From Paraspadella gotoi (lineage: Eukaryota > Animalia > Chaetognatha), in the NCBI GenBank assembly GCA_051294375.1, contig JBJCIZ010001257.1, forward strand, positions 1 to 5,434: a DNA stretch of 5,434 nt, written 5' to 3'. Positions 1 to 5,434 of the stretch are shown piece by piece. The position numbers and the translations under genes are program-made. The notes under the pieces were generated by a model. The model made no database searches, was not told the DNA's origin, and worked only from the letters and a program-made list of their open reading frames with translations. The first letter of the stretch is position 1; the number at the start of each line of letters is the position of its first letter.

Positions 1-229
1 TAAAAAGAATCAAATCTCATTAACGATTAAATGGGGTCAAATGATTAATAAATCGTCACTGTTTTGGTTTCTAGTGCCAATCTAAGAAAAACTTTCTTTG
101 TCTGCCAGTTTGAAGTTGGCTTTAATCAGGTTTTCTGTTTTTATGTAAATTTAATAACAGAAAGTATTTTGGCCTTATTTTACCCGGAACGACCAATTTT
201 ATTCTAAATTCGGAATTAATTTTTTGAAG

Positions 230-312
230 TAAAGATTAGGATAAAGATTAGGGTTAGGGGTTAGGTTAGTGATTAAAGTTAGGGACTTGGTTAGTGATTA
301 GGGTTAATCACT
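230..312 (+). repeat. Degenerate telomere-like (TTAGGG) patch
   Basis: Four exact TTAGGG (248, 254, 279, 298) plus TTAGG/TTAG variants and a duplicated TAAAGATTAGG (230-240, 242-252). Confidence 0.75.
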
Positions 313-360
313 CCGGCATTACTCATTATTACGAGCATTGATCGTCCTGGACCTCAACAA

Positions 361-385
361 NNNNNNNNNNNNNNNNNNNNNNNNN
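361..385. other. Assembly gap (25 N)
   Basis: Run of 25 N. The true gap length and the adjacency of 1-360 to the rest are unknown. Confidence 0.99.
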
Positions 386-386
386 A

Positions 387-1556
387 TTCATCAACTGTAA
401 AACCTTTAACAGGCTCATCTTCCAAAACGTATCATTTTTATAAGCATTTCTTCCCTAAATTGTGATAATATTTATATTGTTGCGTCAGTTTTTCAATAAA
501 AAAGTCTTAGTTTCTTTGATGAAACGGCCTGATCTTTTGATAGCAGCATCAAATTGGATCAAACACAACTATATATTGTATTGTAACATTCTTTTAATAG
601 TTTCCTGTAATATTTCTGTTGTTTAACCAATCGATTTAAGACGAGTCCATCAAATGATTCTCTGAGGAATCGCCTCCTGCCCACTTTTGAATTTCTAATT
701 CAGGAATCAATTGTTTTCTCAACACAGAATCCGTTAAGGTCACTGTATAAAATTAGATTCTTTTGTTTTAAAATTGCCTTTTGCACTAAATATGACTTTC
801 CATTTCCTGTCGACGCCATAAAGGTAAAAACAAACTATTTTCTTTATATTTATCAGTTGGTCGATTAGTTTTGTCTCGATTTGCCTATCAATGTGTAAAT
901 TTTTTTCGGATTCAGTAGCTTTAATAGTTTTGCTTGAAATAACTTCAGTTAAATGACACTTTTAATTTCACTAGAAGTAAGTTCTTGAATTTTAAATTTA
1001 ATATCGCTGTTGTTTTCAAATAAATTTTCAACAAGAGCAACGTCAGACCATTCAATAAATCTTTTTCTTGCATTAACAAAAGCAAAGTGGTCCATCGATT
1101 TGGTTTCAGTCTGTTTGCAAGATTTTCGAAAATCGCTCCAAGTCTTCCCAAATTTATTTTAAGTTTGGGTTATCTTTGGTCAATAATATTTTTCTCTAAT
1201 TCATTTTTCACAGTGATTAGAGTTTCTTTAACGCCTCTTTGTTACAATCCAGTGATAAAGGAAATGAGAAGAATCTTTTAAGAAATCTTTCCAATAACCT
1301 TTATAACTTTCAGCTATACATTTCTGTTCAAAAGATGCTCGTTTGCAACGAAAACAAAAATAGCTACAAAAGGTTGATGCGATCCTCAAAAAACTTTATT
1401 CAAAAATCCGAGCCTCGTTCCGATTCCTGATCTGACGATGTTTTCAGATTCTTCCTCAGATTCTGAATTTAATTAAGCGATTCTTTAACTTTTTCAATTC
1501 GGACAGTTGATTTGAATGAGTCAGCAGCGGTGGAGCTACTATTTTGTTTATTTTAT
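387..1556 (-). pseudogene. Second tandem copy of the NTPase unit (approx. residues 28-413), frameshifted as written and truncated by the N-gap
   Basis: Colinear with 2521-3680: both start ttcatcaactgtaaaacctttaacaggctc and end ggagctactattttgtttattttat. Differences are mostly single-base indels, often in homopolymers. It could be a real pseudogene or an intact copy read with errors. Confidence 0.75.
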
Positions 1557-3759
1557 TTTCTTGATAACTTTCTTGAACTGAAAAATGTGGTTCTTCTTCA
1601 TTCTTTTCTGTTTGCAAAAGTAAAAGTTCATCATAAAACTTGAAATCATCCAAACAGTTATCAAACAACATGTGCCTTCTTAAAAAGTTAATAATTGCAT
1701 ATAAGTTCTCTTTGAACTTACGAAGGAGTGTAGGAATTTCATCTTCAGAAAGATTTAAAATTCTAAAAGGCTCCTCTGGCGAATATCGTCGCAATAACAT
1801 TAGAACAGCTTGTCTTATCTGTCTTGCTTCCATAGCCGAAGGGGAGCGGTTCAACTTTATACACTCTGTAATGCATTCAAGTTGTAGACGAACAAAATTG
1901 ATTTTTAAATATTTGAAGGGGTTGATAGTTGTAAATTCTTGAAATGCAAATTTTCTTATGTTAGGATCCATTATAAAAGTGCCATCTTTAACTGTTTGAA
2001 TGAAATTTAATCTTAAAAAAGTTTTTATAAGTTCAATGCAGAAAGATTTTATATTATTATGAAAAGGGATGTATTTTTCTAGATTTTTCTTTACATTGTC
2101 ATGCAAATTTTCAAGCTTTTTATGATCAAAATCAGCCAAACTTTCTTCTGTTTGTTCTCTCAGCAAAATCTCCCTGACCTCTTTGATGCTAAGCAAGTTA
2201 ACAAGATGATCGTATGTAAATTTACCATGAAACAATGTTATTGCTTCTAGCATGACTTTTTCATCTGATTTCAGACCTTTAATGAACTTTATTATTATTT
2301 CATCTACTTTTTTCTTATCATCATCATCCTCATTATCCAGGTCATAAAAGACTGATTCATCTACTTTGCCGCATATTTTCATTATATTTTTGATGTGGTT
2401 TGCATGCATGAATAGTAGCTTTGGGTTATATGCAGAAAGTGATGCAACTTTTTCTAGCGAAAGTTCAGGTGGTAATTTAATCACTTTTTCAGCTAAAATT
2501 AATTCAAGATATTTAAGGCTTTCATCAACTGTAAAACCTTTAACAGGCTCATCTTCCAAAACGTTCATTTTTATAAGCATTTCTTCCCTAAATTGTGATA
2601 ATATTATTATTGTTGCGTCAGTTTTTTCAATAAAAAGTCTTAGTTCTTTGATGAAACGGCCTGATCTTTTGATAGCAGCATCAATTGGATCAAACACAAC
2701 TATATATTTATTGTAACATTCTTTTAATAGTTTCTGTAATATTTCTGTTGGTTTAACCAATCGATTTAAGACGAGTCCATCAAATGATTCTCTGAGAATC
2801 GCCTCTGCCCACTTTTGAATTTCTAATTCAGGAATCAATTGTTTCTCAACACAGAATCCGTTAAGGTCACTGTATAAAATTAGATTCTTTTGTTTTAAAA
2901 TTGCCTTTTGCACTAAATATGACTTTCCATTTCCTGTGACGCCATAAAGGTAAAACAAACTATTTTTATATTTATCCAGTTGGTCGATTAGTTTTGTCTC
3001 GATTTGCCTATCAATGTGTAAATTTTTTTCGGATTCAGTAGCTTTAATAGTTTTGCTTGAAATAACTTCAGTTAAATTGACACTTTTAATTTCACTAGAA
3101 GTAAGTTCTTGAATTTTAAATTTAATATCGCTGTTGTTTTCAAATAAATTTTCAACAAGAGCAACGTCAGACCATTCAATAAATCTTTTTCTTGCATTAA
3201 CAAAAGCAAAGTGGTCCATCGATTTGGTTTCAGTCTGTTTAGCAAGATTTTCCGAAAATCGCTCCAAGTCTTCCCAATATTTATTTAAGTTTGGGTTATC
3301 TTTGGTCAATAATATTTTTTCTAATTCATTTTTCACAGTGATTAGAGTTTCTTTAACGGCCTCTTTGTTACAATCCAGTGGTAAAGGAAATGAAGAAGAA
3401 TCTTTTAAGAAATCTTTCCAATAACCTTTATAACTTTCAGCTAATACATTTCTGTTCAAAAGATGCTCGTTTGCAACGAAACAAAAATAGCTACAAAGGT
3501 TGATGCGATCCTCAAACGTATATTCAAGATCCGAGCCTCGTTCCGATTCCTGATCTGACGATGTTTCAGATTCTTCCTCAGATTCTGAATTTAATTTAAG
3601 CGATTTCTTTAACTTTTTCAATTCGGACAGTTGATTTGATTGGTCAGCAGCCGGTGGAGCTACTATTTTGTTTATTTTATATGCAACATTGCTCTCCCAA
3701 ACAATGTTTTTTTTGGATTTATTCATTACTTTCCTCTTGGGTTCAGAAGATTTTGCCAT
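1456..3759 (-). CDS. STAND-class (NB-ARC/AP-ATPase-like, NLR-like) P-loop NTPase with an unrecognised N-terminal region; true C-terminus uncertain
   Basis: Uninterrupted 767-codon ORF. Motifs occur in NB-ARC order: Walker A LFYLY-GVTGNGKS (nt 2943-2920), Walker B YIVVFDPID (2703-2680), sensor-1-like TIIILSQ, RNBS-C-like PVKGFTVDESLKYL, GxP-like SAYNPKLL (YNP 2430-2422), winged-helix-like LKSDEKVMLEAITLFHGKFTYDHL and MHD-like FIMDPNIRKFA (MDP 1971-1963). Family assigned by motif recognition, no search run. The last 32 aa re-run residues 28-59 and the TGA follows indels in the duplicated copy. Confidence 0.85.
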   Translation of the reverse strand: MAKSSEPKRKVMNKSKKNIVWESNVAYKINKIVAPPAADQSNQLSELKKLKKSLKLNSESEEESETSSDQESERGSDLEYTFEDRINLCSYFCFVANEHLLNRNVLAESYKGYWKDFLKDSSSFPLPLDCNKEAVKETLITVKNELEKILLTKDNPNLNKYWEDLERFSENLAKQTETKSMDHFAFVNARKRFIEWSDVALVENLFENNSDIKFKIQELTSSEIKSVNLTEVISSKTIKATESEKNLHIDRQIETKLIDQLDKYKNSLFYLYGVTGNGKSYLVQKAILKQKNLILYSDLNGFCVEKQLIPELEIQKWAEAILRESFDGLVLNRLVKPTEILQKLLKECYNKYIVVFDPIDAAIKRSGRFIKELRLFIEKTDATIIILSQFREEMLIKMNVLEDEPVKGFTVDESLKYLELILAEKVIKLPPELSLEKVASLSAYNPKLLFMHANHIKNIMKICGKVDESVFYDLDNEDDDDKKKVDEIIIKFIKGLKSDEKVMLEAITLFHGKFTYDHLVNLLSIKEVREILLREQTEESLADFDHKKLENLHDNVKKNLEKYIPFHNNIKSFCIELIKTFLRLNFIQTVKDGTFIMDPNIRKFAFQEFTTINPFKYLKINFVRLQLECITECIKLNRSPSAMEARQIRQAVLMLLRRYSPEEPFRILNLSEDEIPTLLRKFKENLYAIINFLRRHMLFDNCLDDFKFYDELLLLQTEKNEEEPHFSVQESYQENKINKIVAPPLLTHSNQLSELKKLKNRLIKFRI
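2521..3680. repeat. Direct repeat partner of 387-1556; tandem period 2124 bp at the junction
   Basis: Identity ends at 1556 and 3680 (3680-1556 = 2124 = 708 codons). KINKIVAPP occurs at residues 28 and 736 of the ORF. Confidence 0.95.
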
Positions 3760-3938
3760 TTTAGATTTTAGATTTTGATTAAGTAAAAAAAGTTAATTGA
3801 GTCTTTTAAAAGATAATTTTGTTTGCACTGAAAAAAAAAACATTTAAATAAGTTTTATTTGAACAAAACAATCATAGTGGTAAGATTTTTAATTGTTTAC
3901 AACAATAAACCAAAAACAAATAAAATCGTTATTATACT

Positions 3939-3942
3939 ATTA
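3939..3942 (+). repeat. Left 4-bp target-site duplication ATTA
   Basis: Immediately precedes the TGT at 3943; identical to 4567-4570. Confidence 0.8.
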
Positions 3943-3996
3943 TGTAGTCGGGCATTGCCTAGGTTCACCCCGCTAAAATCATGACACTTTCAGTTG

Positions 3997-4066
3997 TACC
4001 GAGTGGCTCATTGAGTAAAGCCATCAGCTCATACCACTAGTACCGGGTTTCAATCCCAACCCGTAC
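3997..4066 (+). promoter_or_regulatory. tRNA-like cassette with Pol III A and B boxes in the 5' LTR
   Basis: A-box-like TGGCTCATTGAG (4004-4015) and B-box-like GGTTTCAATCCC (4046-4057) at tRNA-like spacing. Confidence 0.55.
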
Positions 4067-4110
4067 CTACCCTGCGGAAGCGTGAGGAGGCATAAGCCCG
4101 CCCTGGGCAT

Positions 4111-4167
4111 GGCAAACCTCAAGCTGGTCCAAGCCAGGGACCCGTTCCATGGCTGCTAGAGGGGGTT
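4111..4167 (+). ncRNA. Candidate degenerate twister-like ribozyme in the 5' LTR
   Basis: GCTGGTCCAAGCCAGG (4123-4138) resembles the twister P4/L4 core GCCGGUCCCAAGCCCGG. CCTC (4117-4120) can pair with GAGG (4159-4162), which is followed by GGGTT. Several consensus positions are missing. Confidence 0.35.
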
Positions 4168-4215
4168 ATAGAAGTTACGGACAGTCATCTCAGCCCACTA
4201 GCGCCTTATCCACAC

Positions 4216-4230
4216 TGGTGAGGCCCATCC
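4216..4230 (+). promoter_or_regulatory. Putative primer-binding site (TGGTGAGGCCCATCC)
   Basis: Starts with TGG, the complement of tRNA 3' CCA, one base after the 5' LTR end, which is the canonical PBS position. Cognate tRNA not identified. Confidence 0.7.
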
Positions 4231-4329
4231 TTGTCCGAGCGTTATTCCAACCTTCTGATTTCCAGGCCCTTGGTCTAGCTGAGATTGCTCCCCTCCCCCA
4301 CTGGAAGCAGTGCAGGGTGGTTACAATCT

Positions 4330-4337
4330 GGGGGGCA
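4330..4337 (+). promoter_or_regulatory. Putative short polypurine tract (GGGGGG-CA)
   Basis: G6 run directly upstream of the 3' LTR's TGT. Confidence 0.65.
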
Positions 4338-4566
4338 TGTAGTCGGGATTGCCTTGGTTCACCCCGCCCGCCTAGAATCATGACACTTTCAGTTGTGACC
4401 CGGTGGCTCATTGAGTAAAGCCATCAGCTCATGACCACTAGGTACCGGGTTCAATCCAAACCCGTTACCTTCCCCGCGGGAAGCGTGTGGACGGACGCCG
4501 TTCCAATGCTGTCTAGAGGGAAGTTACGGACAAAGTCATCTTCAGCCCACGTAGCGCATATCCACA
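4338..4566 (+). repeat. 3' LTR (229 bp, lacks ~50 bp present in the 5' LTR)
   Basis: TGTAGTCGGG...ATATCCACA. Shares blocks such as aatcatgacactttcagttgt, gtggctcattgagtaaagccatcagctcat and gaagttacggaca with the 5' LTR. Confidence 0.9.
4397..4468 (+). promoter_or_regulatory. tRNA-like cassette with Pol III A and B boxes in the 3' LTR
   Basis: TGGCTCATTGAG (4404-4415), D-arm-like GCTC..AAGC, anticodon-loop-like CTCATGA and B-box GGTTCAATCC (4448-4457). Acceptor and anticodon stems pair poorly, so this is not a functional tRNA. Confidence 0.6.
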
Positions 4567-4570
4567 ATTA
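4567..4570 (+). repeat. Right 4-bp target-site duplication ATTA
   Basis: Immediately follows the ACA ending at 4566; identical to 3939-3942. Confidence 0.8.
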
Positions 4571-4614
4571 GAAATCGATCGAAATTCGCATTTTATCATG
4601 CCCAAAAGTTGTCT

Positions 4615-4670
4615 ATTGCGCTGATGAAGGTTTGAAACAAAAACAAGTTTGAGCCAAACAATGTCGGATC
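4615..4670 (+). ncRNA. Candidate degenerate type-I hammerhead ribozyme (Penelope-like layout)
   Basis: CTGATGA-A (4621-4628), stem GGTTTGAAAC/GTTTGAGCC (4629-4655), then AAACAAT-GTC (4656-4665). The G of GAAA is absent and stem I pairs poorly. Confidence 0.35.
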
Positions 4671-4863
4671 TGCCTACGATAATTATTAATTATCGATTTA
4701 TTAATTAATTAATAATTTAATATGTAATAATAATTTTAAATTTATATTCAACTTATCATCATCGATGTCCTTAAAATTGCGGTTAGGACAGTTATTAAAT
4801 ATGTTTTGTTATACATTTTATCAAAACAAACCAAATATCCTCTATTTTATTTTATGACATCCT

Positions 4864-4898
4864 TCTCCTCTCTCTCTCTCACTCTCTCTACTCTCTCT
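4864..4898 (+). repeat. Imperfect (CT)n microsatellite
   Basis: tctcctctctctctctcactctctctactctctct. Confidence 0.9.
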
Positions 4899-5000
4899 TT
4901 TTATGCAATTGCGACGCATTCTTTATGCTTTTAACTGGAATTTTTAACTTAGCATCATTTTTCACTATTAATTAATAATTAATTAATTAAAACATATTTT

Positions 5001-5434
5001 TTAGTAATCATTAAATATTAAAGATTCAAGTAATGTGACTTTATGGTTTTTTCCATCTAAACTCATTTCCACTGCACAATATCCGTCAAAACTTATATAT
5101 AATTATTATATTATTAATAAAATATTTAAAAGCTTCAGTGCCAACAACCCTGTTACGAAAATAACTATCTTTATATCACGAAGAATTTCCAGCTTCTCTA
5201 CCTTTTCCCGATGCTCTTTGTCTTTTTTACTGAGCAAGAAATTTCCAGCTTTCTCAGCGATTTACAAGACATCTTGTGGTTTAGACTTTTGTATATATAT
5301 ACTTAAGTTACAGATTCCGTGGCGCGATTCTGATTGGTTCATCGGATTTCGCATATAGATTTTAATTTACATTTTATCGATATTGATACGCATCAGATCT
5401 GTTCTATTCTTGAACCACTTCAGTTCTCTGAAAA
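5001..5434 (-). pseudogene. Possible frameshifted 3' end of an upstream protein-coding gene
   Basis: The minus strand gives protein-like stretches in changing frames (ELKWFKNRTDLMRINIDK; SCKSLRKLEISCS; EKVEKLEILRDIK; YISFDGYCAVEMSLDGKNHKVTLLESLIFNDY-TAA at 5003-5001), followed by AT-rich sequence. No family recognised. Confidence 0.3.

Larger units (their letters stand above)
3943..4214 (+). repeat. 5' LTR (272 bp)
   Basis: TGTAGTCGGG...TTATCCACA; aligns to 4338-4566. Confidence 0.9.
3943..4566 (+). mobile_element. Complete non-autonomous mini LTR retroelement (TRIM-like), 624 bp
   Basis: GC-rich island in AT-rich flanks. Two direct repeats each start TGTAGTCGGG and end ATCCACA. ATTA lies on both sides (3939-3942, 4567-4570). 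TGGTG begins 1 nt after the 5' LTR and GGGGGG ends 2 nt before the 3' LTR. The internal region is 123 bp with no coding capacity. Confidence 0.9.

Noticed and set aside
230-312. True telomere or CRISPR array
   Set aside because: Short, degenerate and internal, with no regular repeat-spacer structure.
945-1430. Short ORFs 945-1151 (-), 1087-1281 (+) and 1239-1430 (+)
   Set aside because: Frameshift fragments or antisense shadows of the duplicated NTPase copy.
1640-3424. Plus-strand ORFs 1640-1942, 2366-2716 and 3134-3424
   Set aside because: Antisense shadows of the long NTPase ORF with no protein-like motifs.
1456-3759. Ciliate-type genetic code (TAA/TAG = Gln)
   Set aside because: The 767-codon ORF has many Gln residues and no in-frame TAA or TAG, which is consistent with the standard code.
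4149-4418. Overlapping ORFs 4149-4418 (+) and 4190-4411 (-)
   Set aside because: They span LTR/internal boundaries of a GC-rich element where stops are rare, and show no gag, protease, RT or integrase motifs.
4397-4468. Functional tRNA-Met gene
   Set aside because: Acceptor, anticodon and T stems do not pair properly. Kept only as a tRNA-derived cassette.
4517-4550. Minus-strand hammerhead (GGGCTGAAGATGACTTTGTCCGTAAC) at the LTR 3' end
   Set aside because: CTGAAGA is present only in the 3' LTR, and both LTRs have GTAA instead of the required GAAA.
3943-4566. Simple tandem SINE dimer or satellite
   Set aside because: TG...CA termini, TSD, PBS and PPT positions fit an LTR element better, and there is no A-rich tail.
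5035-5358. Plus-strand 107-aa ORF
   Set aside because: Non-ATG start and F/S/I-rich composition typical of the antisense of coding or AT-rich DNA.

Overview
AT-rich DNA, probably eukaryotic, from a draft assembly with a 25-N gap at 361-385. It has three main parts. (1) An intronless minus-strand ORF (3759-1456, 767 aa) encodes a STAND/NB-ARC-like P-loop NTPase. It has no stop at the end of its 708-codon unit and runs in frame into a second, indel-riddled tandem copy of itself (387-1556), which is cut off by the gap. (2) About 180 bp upstream of its ATG is a complete 624-bp non-coding mini LTR element of TRIM type (3943-4566), with TGT...ACA LTRs, an ATTA 4-bp target-site duplication, a TGG-initiated PBS and a G-tract PPT. 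Both LTRs contain a tRNA-like Pol III A/B-box cassette, and the 5' LTR also has a degenerate twister-ribozyme-like motif, so it may be a Cassandra/retrozyme-like element. (3) Smaller items are a degenerate hammerhead-like motif at ~4615-4670, a TTAGGG-rich patch between imperfect inverted repeats, a CT microsatellite and a frameshifted coding-like fragment at the right end. Many single-base indels suggest unpolished long-read sequence, which limits all motif-level calls.
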